Of a stretch of DNA of 32,000 bases, positions 1 through 9,436 are shown one piece after another. The notes below the pieces were generated by a model that saw nothing but the letters and a program-made list of their open reading frames with translations, was not told the DNA's origin and did no database searches. This DNA is from Synechococcus elongatus PCC 6301 (GTDB lineage Bacteria > Cyanobacteriota > Cyanobacteriia > Synechococcales > Synechococcaceae), in NCBI RefSeq assembly GCF_000010065.1, contig NC_006576.1, positions 600,001 through 632,000 on the forward strand, in the 5' to 3' direction. The position numbers were made by a program, and so were the translations under genes. Within the stretch, counting starts at the first letter, position 1. Each line of letters begins with the position of its first letter.

Positions 1-1
1 A

Positions 2-475
2 TTACGTCCGATCGCTGAACAATTTGGTATTGATTTTCTTCATTTGCCCATTACTCGCGAGACGAAAGCAGAGCAGGAAGCTCGCCAGCTAGCAGCGATC
101 GCTGACTATGGGATTGATCTCGTGGTGCTCGCGAAATACATGCAAGCTCTGAGTTCTGAGTTCTTGGCTCAGTTTCCCCAAGTAATTAATATTCACCACT
201 CCTTTTTGCCTGCTTTTGCCGGTGCCAATCCTTACCAACGGGCCTATGAGCGAGGCGTCAAAATTATTGGAGCCACAGCTCACTATGTAACGCCCGATTT
301 AGATGAAGGGCCAATTATTGAACAAGATGTAGTGCGGGTTAGTCATCGTGATGATGCTGATGATCTCGTTCGTAAAGGCAAGGACTTGGAGCGGATCGTC
401 CTAGCGCGTGCGGTGCGTTTACACCTGCAACATCGGGTGCTGACTTACCGGAATCGCACCGTTGTGTTTGCTTAA
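2..475 (+). CDS. purU: formyltetrahydrofolate deformylase, C-terminal part (5' end outside window)
   Basis: The frame is open from nt 2 ([20 protein letters not shown]...), so the TTG at 44 in the ORF track is not the real start. It has the formyltransferase core [47 protein letters not shown]. Stop at 473-475. Confidence 0.85.
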   Translation, partial: LRPIAEQFGIDFLHLPITRETKAEQEARQLAAIADYGIDLVVLAKYMQALSSEFLAQFPQVINIHHSFLPAFAGANPYQRAYERGVKIIGATAHYVTPDLDEGPIIEQDVVRVSHRDDADDLVRKGKDLERIVLARAVRLHLQHRVLTYRNRTVVFA

Positions 476-511
476 GCTGTTGATTTGAAGTGGCAAGACA
501 AGGAAATTGAT

Positions 512-1903
512 ATGACTGAGACTGCGAATCAACGCCGTGAAAGCGACAGCATGGGTGAAGTGCTGGTGCCCACCGATCGCTATTGGGGTGCCCAAACTCA
601 GCGATCGCTGCACTATTTCTCGATCGGTCAAGATCGAATGCCCATTGAAGTCTGTCATGCTCTGGCGATTGCGAAGAAAGCCTCTGCCCTTGCCAATCGA
701 GATTTGGGTGTTTTATCGGCAGAAAAAGCTGATCTGATTGCTCAAGCTGCTGATGAAATTATTGCAGGTCAACTAGATGACCATTTCCCGCTTTATGTCT
801 GGATGACGGGCAGCGGCACGCAAGCCAACATGAACGTTAATGAGGTGATTGCCAATCGGGCGATTGAAATGGCTGGGGGTGTACTTGGGAGTAAAACACC
901 CATTCATCCCAATGATGATGTCAACCGATCGCAGTCCTCGAATGATGTCTTTCCAACCGCAATGCATATTGCTGCAGCTCAAGCGATCGGCCGGCAACTA
1001 CTGCCCAGTATCGAACGACTAGAACAGAGTCTCCAAGCCAAAGTTGATGAATGGCAAGGCATTGTCAAAATTGGCCGGACCCACCTGCAAGATGCAGTGC
1101 CATTAACGCTGGGTCAGGAGTTCTCCGGTTTTGTGGCCATGCTAGCTGAAAATCGTCAGCGCCTACATAATGCTTTGCAAGAACTCTATCCCCTAGCTTT
1201 GGGTGGAACAGCGGTTGGTACTGGTCTGAATGCGCCGACTGGATTTGATGTTGCAGTCGCTGATTACATCGCGCAATTGACAGGACTTCCGTTTGTCACG
1301 GCAACCAATAAGTTTGCGCAAATTGGTGCCCATGATGCATTTGTTGCTTTAAGTGGCAGCTTGCGAGGACTAGCAGTCTCGCTCTACAAAATTGCTAATG
1401 ATATTCGCTTGCTAGCCTGCGGGCCACGCTGTGGTTTTAACGAGTTGAGTTTGCCTGCAAATGAGCCTGGTTCATCAATCATGCCCGGCAAAGTGAATCC
1501 GACTCAGTGTGAAGCGTTAGCAATGGTTGCCGTGCAGGTCATGGGCTATGACGCTGCGGTCGCTTTCGCTGGGGCTAGTGGTTATTTAGAACTGAATGTC
1601 TATAAGCCGTTGATGGTTTATAACGTTCTGGAATCCATTCGAATTCTCTCGGATGCTAGTGATAACTTCCGACGTTTCACCGTGGAAGGAATGACAGCGA
1701 ATACCGACCAAATCAATACTTACTTAGAGCGATCGCTGATGTTAGTGACAGCGCTGACCCCTGCGATCGGTTACGACCAAGCAGCTAAAGTAGCCAAGTA
1801 TGCTTTTGAGAAAAATCTCAGCCTCAAGGAAGCGTGTCTAGAACTGGGTTGTATTAGTTCTGAAGAATTCGATCGCTGGGTGGACCCAGCCCAATTAGTG
1901 TGA
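512..1903 (+). CDS. fumC: class II fumarate hydratase
   Basis: Fumarate lyase signature [15 protein letters not shown] is present and the N-terminus [20 protein letters not shown] is typical. The ATG at 512 is preceded by AAGGA, giving 463 aa; the ORF-track TTG at 485 is less likely. Confidence 0.95.
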   Translation: MTETANQRRESDSMGEVLVPTDRYWGAQTQRSLHYFSIGQDRMPIEVCHALAIAKKASALANRDLGVLSAEKADLIAQAADEIIAGQLDDHFPLYVWMTGSGTQANMNVNEVIANRAIEMAGGVLGSKTPIHPNDDVNRSQSSNDVFPTAMHIAAAQAIGRQLLPSIERLEQSLQAKVDEWQGIVKIGRTHLQDAVPLTLGQEFSGFVAMLAENRQRLHNALQELYPLALGGTAVGTGLNAPTGFDVAVADYIAQLTGLPFVTATNKFAQIGAHDAFVALSGSLRGLAVSLYKIANDIRLLACGPRCGFNELSLPANEPGSSIMPGKVNPTQCEALAMVAVQVMGYDAAVAFAGASGYLELNVYKPLMVYNVLESIRILSDASDNFRRFTVEGMTANTDQINTYLERSLMLVTALTPAIGYDQAAKVAKYAFEKNLSLKEACLELGCISSEEFDRWVDPAQLV

Positions 1904-2059
1904 TGGTTAAATTGAATCTGATCGAGGATTTTAGTGCCCAATAAGAAGTCTCCAAGCCGGTAAACACTCAAGACCTAGGGAATACTTAGTAATCTGCTAG
2001 AGCACTCAGGGGCTGACTGTTTCACTATAGAATGATGCCTCAATCAATGCTGGAATGTC

Positions 2060-2580
2060 ATGCGGTACGACAAGGAGTCGGATTGCATGTCAAGCAACGC
2101 CTCTCTAGTCGATCGCCATGGGAGTGCAACGCAAAAGCTAATCCTTGGCTCTGCTATTGAGCGCTTGGAGAAATTTAGTATTCATAATTTGACGGTGCGA
2201 GTAGTGGCGCGGCACGCTCACATTTCTGAGCGCACAATTTTTCGCTAATATGCCTCGTGCGATGAATTTCTCGATGCTGCAGTGATCGCCTTGGAGGATT
2301 GTCTGCAGATCCCAATATGCATACAGAAATGTTTGAACGAATTTGCTGAAAACTAGGGCGGGAGCGCTGGCAGGCAATTCCATCGATTATTAACAATAAT
2401 GCCCCGTATCGATCAGCACGCGATCGCAAAATTACAGCGGCCAGCATCCGCTACTATCTCTCAGCTAGTACTTGGTATTACTAGCGCTGTTACTATGGCT
2501 CTTCATTGGATGATGCGATCGAAAGTACTGAACTAGCAGTTCGCTTAGCCATTCAAGAAATTGAACAACCAGCTCGCTAG
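2060..2580 (+). pseudogene. decayed TetR-family transcriptional regulator
   Basis: N-terminal TetR helix-turn-helix (LILGSAIERLEKFSIHNLTVRVVARHAHISERTIFR) runs into an in-frame TAA at 2246-2248. The same frame continues plausibly (YASCDEFLDAAV...) to a second in-frame stop, TAG at 2354-2356. The C-terminal-like end (DDAIESTELAVRLAIQEIEQPAR*) is in another frame and ends at 2580. Confidence 0.6.
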
Positions 2581-2683
2581 CTATCTCAGGATTGACTCAT
2601 CACCTCGATAGGAGAAAAACACGATAACACTCGGAATAATGGTCGCTTCCTCAGTCAGGCTATTTGCAGGGCAAAGACAATCA

Positions 2684-3784
2684 CTAGAGCTGTCGCAGTG
2701 CAGCTGCCGCTTGTTGTTGTCCGTTAGAATCGCCTCTTTGTTGATAGAGTAACGCCGCTTGATTAAGTGATGATCTTGCTTCTGGTTTCAAACCGCGTGC
2801 TAGGTAAGCAAGTCCTAGCCGCAAGTGAAAGTCCGGATTGCGGGGCTCAAGACGTAAGGCATCGCGAAGATAGACTGTAGCGAGTGTTGCGTCTCCTTGA
2901 TCAAGCAGGATTTGAGTATAGCGATCGAGAGTTTTAGCAGAATTGCGATTGAGTTCAAAAGCGCGACGATAGTTACGATTTGCCGCCTCGCGATCGCCTA
3001 AAACCAGATAGATATCTCCTGCTTTGAGCAGCGTGCGAGGATTACGGGGATCAAGACTAATACTGGATTGTAAAGATGTTAGGGCAGCCCGAGGGTTGTT
3101 CAGCCCGAGTTGAGCGATCGCCAAATTCGAGTAGATATCTGCTTCACGAGGGGCCAGTCGTGTTGCAGCTTGCAATACTTGTAGCGCGTTCGTGAACTGG
3201 CGCTGCTGCAGATAAATTTTCCCCATTTCATTGCGGGGTTGCCAGTTGTTCGGCTCAAGTTGTTGCCAGCGCTGGTAGGTGTTAATTGCACCCACTAAAT
3301 TGCCCCGCCGTTGCTGAACGGTGGCTAAGCCTCGATAGGCTTCGGCTCGCTTGTTGTCCAATCGCAGCGATTGCTCATAGTAGCGTTCAGCGGCTGCGTA
3401 CTCACCCAAATTGGCATAGGCCGTAGCTGCTCCAAAGGCAAACGCAGCAGTTTGACTATCCATTGCGATCGCCCGTTCAAAAGAAAGGGCTGCTTGGCGA
3501 AAATCTCCGAGTTCGGTGTAGAGATAGCCGATCGCAGAGGCAATACGAGCATCTTGACCATCGATTAACTGGGCTTGTTGATACAGCCCTAATGCCTCAG
3601 CCCAGCGCCGTTGTTTCACCGCTTCGCTGCCAGCATCCAAGAGGCGACTCAGTTCTGGATTAGGGACAGCAGCTTGAGCAGGCTGAGCGCTAACAGAGAC
3701 GATCGCGGGGCTACCCAGTACCATCACGCCAATCGCCAGTCTGGCTCCAAGACGAGCAAGCATAGTCAACTGCGGTCTGAACAA
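2684..3784 (-). CDS. secreted/periplasmic TPR-repeat protein
   Basis: N-terminal signal-like segment (LARLGARLAIGVMVLGSPAIVSVSAQPAQA) is followed by about 8 tandem 34-residue TPR units (A..YLGLAY...G....A...Y..AL.L.P pattern). Confidence 0.85.
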   Translation of the reverse strand: MFRPQLTMLARLGARLAIGVMVLGSPAIVSVSAQPAQAAVPNPELSRLLDAGSEAVKQRRWAEALGLYQQAQLIDGQDARIASAIGYLYTELGDFRQAALSFERAIAMDSQTAAFAFGAATAYANLGEYAAAERYYEQSLRLDNKRAEAYRGLATVQQRRGNLVGAINTYQRWQQLEPNNWQPRNEMGKIYLQQRQFTNALQVLQAATRLAPREADIYSNLAIAQLGLNNPRAALTSLQSSISLDPRNPRTLLKAGDIYLVLGDREAANRNYRRAFELNRNSAKTLDRYTQILLDQGDATLATVYLRDALRLEPRNPDFHLRLGLAYLARGLKPEARSSLNQAALLYQQRGDSNGQQQAAAALRQL

Positions 3785-3862
3785 CGCCCCTCACCCTAGC
3801 AGACGACTGGCACTATCGCGGCTCCAGCAAGCACCCTTGGCGATCGCAATTGACACCACCAA

Positions 3863-4492
3863 TCAGAGCTGAACTTGCTCTAAGAGCTGCCCTGAGGGAA
3901 TCCAAGCCGTGTGCAATCCGGCCTGTTTAGCTCCTTCAAGATGCTGAGGACTGTCATCTAGGAAAAGCGTGCGGCTAGGGTCGAGTTGATGACGATCGAT
4001 CACAGTCTGAAAAATGCTGGCGTGGGGTTTGCGATCGCCCAAGTGATGCGAGTAATAGGCCTGCTCAAATAGCGCAGGCAAGCTGCTGTGGCGATCGCCA
4101 TGATCGTCAATGAAGCGCTGCTCAAAAGCTTCTTGATGGATGGCGTTTGTATTGGAAAGTAGAAAAATTGGACGCTGCGATCGCAGCTGTTCTAAAAATT
4201 CGACATGCACCAGCGGCACGCCGCCGAGCATGGCATTCCAAGCCGTATCGATGGCGCGATCGCTCAAGTCTTGACCCAACAACTGGCGGAGACTATCCCG
4301 AAAAGTGGCTGGGTCGATGCGACCGGTTTCAAAGTCATCAAACAGGGCCGTTTGTTGCTGCTGGCTGTAAAGAGCGTGCCAGTCGCAGCCACAGAGTTCT
4401 TCAAAGGCACGGCGAGTCGACTGATAGTCCAAGTCCAAAATCACGCCACCAAAGTCGAAGATGATGGCGTCGTAGTCCAAGAGCTGAAGCAT
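3863..4492 (-). CDS. HAD-superfamily phosphatase, YihX-like (subfamily IA)
   Basis: Starting at the internal ATG at 4492 gives MLQLLDYDAIIFDFGGVILDLDY (motif I, DxG variant as in E. coli YihX). Motifs LLSNTN, GDRKP and FLDDSPQHLEGAKQAG follow. The 95-codon upstream extension in the ORF track is Arg/Ser/Cys-rich and antisense to the cupin gene. Confidence 0.8.
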   Translation of the reverse strand: MLQLLDYDAIIFDFGGVILDLDYQSTRRAFEELCGCDWHALYSQQQQTALFDDFETGRIDPATFRDSLRQLLGQDLSDRAIDTAWNAMLGGVPLVHVEFLEQLRSQRPIFLLSNTNAIHQEAFEQRFIDDHGDRHSSLPALFEQAYYSHHLGDRKPHASIFQTVIDRHQLDPSRTLFLDDSPQHLEGAKQAGLHTAWIPSGQLLEQVQL

Positions 4493-4844
4493 GGAGCGTC
4501 CCGAAGTAAGCGATCGCGGCAATCTCTTGCACAACCTACCCTTGTCTGCGATCGCAGAGCAATTCATTCCGCTGGTGCAGGGCGATCGCTGCCGGATTGA
4601 GCAGATTATTTCGACTGGCCAGGTATCACCACCTGACTTTTGGTACGACCAAGATGAGACCGAGTTCGTGCTGATTCTGCAAGGTGAAGCCGAGTTGGAA
4701 TGCGAAGGTGCAGCACCCCAACGGTTACGAGTCGGAGATTGGCGAATTTTGCCACCGCACTGTCGCCACCGCGTCAACTACACCCAAGCGGATCCTCCAA
4801 CCATTTGGCTGGCAGTTTTTTATCCCGCTGCAACTGGCACTTGA
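4491..4844 (+). CDS. small cupin-domain protein
   Basis: 117-aa ORF with a cupin-like beta-barrel pattern (RIEQIISTGQVSPPDFWYDQDETEFVLILQGEAELE...GDWRILPPHCRHRV). Its ATG at 4491-4493 overlaps the divergent HAD start (CATG). Its 3' end overlaps the trpE 3' end. Confidence 0.7.
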   Translation: MERPEVSDRGNLLHNLPLSAIAEQFIPLVQGDRCRIEQIISTGQVSPPDFWYDQDETEFVLILQGEAELECEGAAPQRLRVGDWRILPPHCRHRVNYTQADPPTIWLAVFYPAATGT

Positions 4845-6373
4845 GGCGGTTGTAGACAACGGATCGCTTCCAGTAAACCCCGCGCCTTGTTCAAGGTTTC
4901 TTCGTACTCCTTGATTGGCACAGAATCAGCGACGACACCAGCCCCTGCTTGCACGCTGACACGATGGCCACTCCCTTCTGCCTGAACGATCATCGTGCGG
5001 ATCGTGATTGCCGTATTCAACTGACCCTCAAAATCGTAGTAGCCATAGGCGCCGGAGTAGGGTCCGCGCCGACAGCCTTCCAATTCATGGATGATTTCCA
5101 TAGCGCGAATCTTGGGCGCACCGCTGACCGTCCCTGCTGGGAAAGTTGCCCGCAGCAAATCCCAAGCGTCGCGATCGCGATCGAGTAGGCCCACCACGTT
5201 GCTGACAATATGCATGACGTGGGAGTAGCGCTCAATCACCATCAATTCATCGACGCGGACGCTGCCTTTCTCGCAGACACGGCCTAGGTCATTGCGACCG
5301 AGATCGACCAGCATGACGTGCTCGGCCACTTCCTTGGGATCAGCCAGCAGATCCGTTGCAAGGGCGGCATCTTCTGGTGCAGTGCGCACCCGAGGACGAG
5401 TCCCCGCGATCGGGCGGACAGTGGCCACTTGGCGATCGCTTTGGTGTGGATCCTGTTCAGCCTTGACCATCACTTCTGGACTGGAGCCGATCAACTGCCA
5501 GTCGCCGAAGCGGAAAAAGGCCATGTAGGGGGAAGGATTGATCAGCCGCAGCGATCGATAGAGATCAAAGGGATCGCCGCTGTAATGCGTCGTTAGCCGT
5601 TGCGACAGCACGACTTGGAAGATGTCGCCGGCGCGAATATAGTCCTGTGCTGTCAGTACGTTGGCGCAGAATTGCTCCTGGGTGGTGTTGCTTTGGTAAT
5701 CGACGGGACGAGACGGTGCCGATTGAGGCGGCAGCCACGGCAGTTGGCGATCGCTGGCGCTCAGTGATCCTTGGAAGCGATTGACCAGTTCCTGCACACG
5801 ATTGCAGGCCAGCGCGTAAGCGCGATGCAGATCTGGTTCGGCTTGCAAATCCGCATAAGCGATCGCGTAGAGCCGACGCTTGACTTGATCGAAAATCATC
5901 AGGCTATCGACCTGCATCCAGCAGCCGTCGGGCAGATCGTTTTCGCCGCCGCTGTGAACCGGGACGCGTGGCTCAATCCAGCGCATCAGCTCATAGCCCC
6001 AGAAGCCAAACAGTCCGCCGACGCCCGAGGGCAGTTGCGGCAAATGCACCGGCTGATAGGGCGCTAAACATTGCTTGAGGGCTGCAAAGGGATCGCCGCT
6101 AAAGACTTCTTCCGAGCCATCCCGAAACCGACGAGTTGTGCGATCGCCTCTCGCTTCTAGCACCCAGAGTGGATCGCAACCCAAAAAGCTATAGCGACCC
6201 AGGTGCTCACCCCCTTCGACTGATTCCAGCAAAAAGCTGTAGGGGCGATCGCGGCAAATGCGGTACCAAGCCGAAACCGGCGTATCCAAATCCGCGACCC
6301 ACTCTTGATAGACCGGAATGAAGTTGCCTTGCTCAGCCAAGCTGGCAAACGTTGCAAAATCCGGGTAAATCAT
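4820..6373 (-). CDS. trpE: anthranilate synthase component I
   Basis: Has LLESVEGGE, GDIFQVVLSQR and the chorismate-binding C-terminal block (GTVSGAPKIRAMEIIHELE..RRGPYSGAYGY). The ATG at 6373 (MIYPDFATF...) is preferred over the ORF-track start at 6388. Confidence 0.95.
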   Translation of the reverse strand: MIYPDFATFASLAEQGNFIPVYQEWVADLDTPVSAWYRICRDRPYSFLLESVEGGEHLGRYSFLGCDPLWVLEARGDRTTRRFRDGSEEVFSGDPFAALKQCLAPYQPVHLPQLPSGVGGLFGFWGYELMRWIEPRVPVHSGGENDLPDGCWMQVDSLMIFDQVKRRLYAIAYADLQAEPDLHRAYALACNRVQELVNRFQGSLSASDRQLPWLPPQSAPSRPVDYQSNTTQEQFCANVLTAQDYIRAGDIFQVVLSQRLTTHYSGDPFDLYRSLRLINPSPYMAFFRFGDWQLIGSSPEVMVKAEQDPHQSDRQVATVRPIAGTRPRVRTAPEDAALATDLLADPKEVAEHVMLVDLGRNDLGRVCEKGSVRVDELMVIERYSHVMHIVSNVVGLLDRDRDAWDLLRATFPAGTVSGAPKIRAMEIIHELEGCRRGPYSGAYGYYDFEGQLNTAITIRTMIVQAEGSGHRVSVQAGAGVVADSVPIKEYEETLNKARGLLEAIRCLQPPQVPVAAG

Positions 6374-6435
6374 CGCGGTCAATCCCAAACAGCGGAAAGG
6401 CGGATCTTTCGATCCTATTCGACGCAGCCGTAAAC

Positions 6436-6462
6436 GAAAAAGGGAAGCCCGAAGACTTCCCT
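6436..6462 (-). terminator. rho-independent terminator of psaD
   Basis: On the minus strand, GGGAAGT-cttcgg-GCTTCCC (7-bp stem including one G-U, 6-nt loop) is followed by TTTTT. It lies 30 nt after the psaD stop. Confidence 0.65.
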
Positions 6463-6490
6463 CAAACTTGTATAAATTCAGACCGGAAAC

Positions 6491-6918
6491 CTAAGCCGTG
6501 TAGGGCTGTTTGCCGGTGAATTTAATGGTGGCAGGGTTGGGGTTTTGGCCGATACGGCGATCGACTTTACCCGCGAAGGAGCGACCTTCGTTCACTTTCT
6601 CAGGGAAGACACCATCTTTCGGATGGAGGTATCCCACATCCGCGCCGGGGAAGAAGCGATAGATTTTGTAGCTTTCGATCTTGGGTTTGAACTTGGTGCG
6701 AAGCTGGGTACCAATGCGAGTGCTTGCTCTTTGCGCGCAAAGTAGAGCAAGTTATCGCCTTCGTGCATCACGGCAGCGCCACCGGTCGGCAGCTCAAACA
6801 CCTGTTCTTTGGTGCTGGTCCAAGTGATGGCGTATTTTTCTTCGGTCTCTGCGCTCTTGAGTAGACCACCAGTGCTACCGCCAAAAACCGGCGTTTTCCC
6901 AGTCAGTGTCTCGGCCAT
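6491..6918 (-). pseudogene. psaD: photosystem I subunit II (PsaD), frame broken by a 1-nt deletion in this sequence
   Basis: The first 70 codons are PsaD ([35 protein letters not shown]...[13 protein letters not shown]). The conserved remainder [73 protein letters not shown] is intact in the -1 frame down to the TAG at 6491-6493. The shift maps to TTGGTACC where TTGGGTACC is required (plus-strand CC at 6711-6712 instead of CCC). Confidence 0.9.
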
Positions 6919-7126
6919 GGGCTTCTCGACAGTGCTTTCCTCGGAATCGTAGCACCGCCCCCAAAGCCGCTCAGAAAGGCTGTTACAGAACTTCAGAGTT
7001 CTTATACCTATTCCCTTCTGGCGATCGCAGTGAGAGCCGTCTCATTTCGCGACCGAGCTCGATGTCGAAATGGCGATCGCGCTCACTGATAAGGTGAGAA
7101 ACGGGCGTGCTGCTGATCACATTGTT

Positions 7127-8920
7127 ATGGCTTTGATTGTTCAAAAATACGGCGGAACCTCGGTTGGCAGCGTCGAACGGATCACGGCGGTTGCCCAACG
7201 CATTGCCCAGACGGTTGCTGCTGGCAATCAAGTCGTGGTCGTAGTTTCGGCCATGGGTCACAGCACGGATGAGCTGCTGAAGCTGGCCAATGGGATCAGT
7301 GCTAATCCTAGTCGCCGCGAATTGGACATGCTGCTGGCGACGGGCGAACAAGTCTCGATCGCGCTGTTGAGTATGGCCCTACATGAACAGGGCTGCGACG
7401 CGATTTCGATGACCGGCGCGCAGGTTGGGATCATCACAGAAGCACATCACAGCCGTGCCCGAATTCTGGAAATTGATCCGCAGCGGCTGCAAAGCCAACT
7501 CGATGCCGGTCGGGTGGTTGTCGTCGCGGGGTTCCAAGGCATTGCGTCTAGCGATCGCACAGCGCTGACGGAAATTACGACACTGGGACGGGGCGGTTCC
7601 GATACGTCAGCCGTCGCTTTGGCCGCAGCTCTCAACGCCGATCGCTGCGAAATCTATACCGATGTCCCCGGCATCCTGACCACGGATCCGCGCTTGGTAC
7701 CCGAAGCGCATTTGCTCGAAGAGATCACTTGCGACGAAATGCTAGAGCTGGCCAGCTTAGGTGCGAGTGTACTTCACCCTCGTGCCGTAAAAATTGCCCG
7801 CAACTATGGCGTCCGTTTGGTCGTGCGCAGCAGTTGGACGCAGGAACCGGGGACGGGTGTCGTTGCGCCACCACGCCGCAGCGATCGCTCGTTGCAAGGG
7901 CTCGAAATTGGTCGCCCCGTCGATGGCCTGGCGTTAGATACGGATCAGGCCAAAGTGGCATTGCTGCATGTGCCCGATCGCCCCGGGATTGCTGCCAGCC
8001 TGTTTGGCGAAATGGCGCAGCGCGGCGTCAATGTTGATTTGATCATCCAGTCGATTCACGAAGGCAATAGCAACGACATCTCTTTCACGGTCAGCCAAGC
8101 GGATCTGGAGAAGGCAGAAGCGGGCACCACCCAACTGCTCGCGGATCTGGGTGGCGAACAACAGTCGGAAGCCGCTGTCGCCAAAGTCAGTATCAGCGGC
8201 GTTGGGATCGTCGGTCGCCCCGGCATTGCGGCTCAGATGTTCAGCGCTTTGGCGCAGGGCGGCATCAACATTCAGATGATCTCGACCTCTGAAGTCAAAG
8301 TGAGCTGTGTGATTGCGGCAGCGGATCAGCAACGGGCGATCGCAGCCTTGCAAGAGAGCTTTGAACTGGAAGAGGCGATCGCAGCCACTGCTACCGATGC
8401 CTGTACGACCGATTTACCTGCAGTGCGCGGCGTGGCCCTCGATCGCGACCAAGCCCGTTTGGCGATTCTCAATGTGCCAGATCTACCGGGGATGGCGGCT
8501 ACGATCTTCCAAATTCTGGCCGATCGCCAAATCAGCGTTGACATGATTATCCAATCACAGCGCGGCCGCATCCACAACGGTCAGCCCTGTCGTGACATTG
8601 CCTGCACGCTGCCACCGGCTGATGCCGAGCTAGCGGCGGCAGCGCTACAAGCCTTTGCGGATCAACACGGCTGCAGCCTGGAAATTCAGACTGAGATTGC
8701 TAAGGTCAGCATTGTCGGTTCGGGGATGGTGCAACAACCTGGGGTAGCAGCACAGATGTTTGCAGCCTTAGCCAACCACGGCATCAATATCCACATGATT
8801 GCCACATCGGAAATTAAGGTCAGTTGCATCGTGGATGCCAGCCAAGCGGTTGAGGCTTTGCAAACCGTTCATGCAGCTTTTGGTCTCGCAAGCGATCGCC
8901 GGATTGAAGTGCCTGCCTAG
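7127..8920 (+). CDS. lysC: aspartate kinase, long cyanobacterial form with duplicated ACT-domain pairs
   Basis: [15 protein letters not shown] starts at ATG 7127, followed by the kinase core. Two homologous regulatory modules follow ([24 protein letters not shown]... and [24 protein letters not shown]...; [22 protein letters not shown]... and [22 protein letters not shown]...). Confidence 0.95.
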   Translation: MALIVQKYGGTSVGSVERITAVAQRIAQTVAAGNQVVVVVSAMGHSTDELLKLANGISANPSRRELDMLLATGEQVSIALLSMALHEQGCDAISMTGAQVGIITEAHHSRARILEIDPQRLQSQLDAGRVVVVAGFQGIASSDRTALTEITTLGRGGSDTSAVALAAALNADRCEIYTDVPGILTTDPRLVPEAHLLEEITCDEMLELASLGASVLHPRAVKIARNYGVRLVVRSSWTQEPGTGVVAPPRRSDRSLQGLEIGRPVDGLALDTDQAKVALLHVPDRPGIAASLFGEMAQRGVNVDLIIQSIHEGNSNDISFTVSQADLEKAEAGTTQLLADLGGEQQSEAAVAKVSISGVGIVGRPGIAAQMFSALAQGGINIQMISTSEVKVSCVIAAADQQRAIAALQESFELEEAIAATATDACTTDLPAVRGVALDRDQARLAILNVPDLPGMAATIFQILADRQISVDMIIQSQRGRIHNGQPCRDIACTLPPADAELAAAALQAFADQHGCSLEIQTEIAKVSIVGSGMVQQPGVAAQMFAALANHGINIHMIATSEIKVSCIVDASQAVEALQTVHAAFGLASDRRIEVPA

Positions 8921-8949
8921 TTGCCTGACTTTTCGTCACTGAGTCTAGC

Positions 8950-8979
8950 CGGGGATCGTTGCTTCGTGACTGATCCCCG
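8950..8979 (+). terminator. hairpin 30 nt downstream of lysC (weak terminator candidate)
   Basis: CGGGGATC / GATCCCCG form an 8-bp stem with a 14-nt loop. No T-run follows, so it is only a candidate. Confidence 0.35.
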
Positions 8980-9436
8980 CTGTGATAGCCTCTTATCTTT
9001 TCGTTCCAGTTAGTTGATGTACCTTTTCAGCGGGTTCTATTCCTACAGCTTTAGCTAGGACAACAGACACAGCGAACTTCGAACAAAATGATGGGAAAAG
9101 GAAGTTATTTAAAGTGCTGTTAATCCTTCCTTTACCGCCTCGATACGTAGCCTCTGTTACTGTTCATTAGACGTTCAATGAAATCCCTAAACGAACCCTA
9201 TGTTTTATGGGGAGAGTCTCGCGGGATTGCTATTCAGGCGTAAAGGAAGTATGTCGGATCGGATTCTGGCTTAGGCCTGAATCCAGGAACTTTGGTGCGA
9301 TCGCGGTCTGTTCGAACTTGCTGCTAGAGCAGAGCCGCAAAACTTACCAAAAACTAACCTCACTCAGGGGTTCAGTCTCCATGACTTATGGAGTGTTTTT
9401 GTGCGGCTTGCAGCTGAGATTTTGGAGCAGACAGAA

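Noticed and set aside
2465-2484. CTAGTA-N8-TACTAG palindrome containing an NtcA-type GTA-N8-TAC core
   Set aside because: It sits inside the TetR pseudogene. There is no properly spaced -10 box (about 22 nt downstream) on either strand and no downstream gene to regulate, because the next gene is convergent. Probably fortuitous.
4493-4777. 95-codon N-terminal extension of the HAD ORF (ORF track 3863-4777)
   Set aside because: The extension is Arg/Ser/Cys-rich with no similarity to HAD proteins and lies antisense to the cupin gene. The HAD motif I (FDFGG) follows the internal Met at 4492 at the usual distance.
6545-6745. 66-aa plus-strand ORF opposite psaD
   Set aside because: It lies antisense to the conserved C-terminal half of psaD. 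It appears prominent only because the psaD frameshift shortened the true ORF.
8921-9436. Idea that the nuclease leader is a c-di-GMP or other known riboswitch
   Set aside because: I could not find the conserved cores, for example the ACGCAAAGC-type GEMM-I element or GNRA tetraloop/receptor arrangement. Only generic hairpins are visible. It is kept as an unexplained structured leader, not as a named riboswitch.
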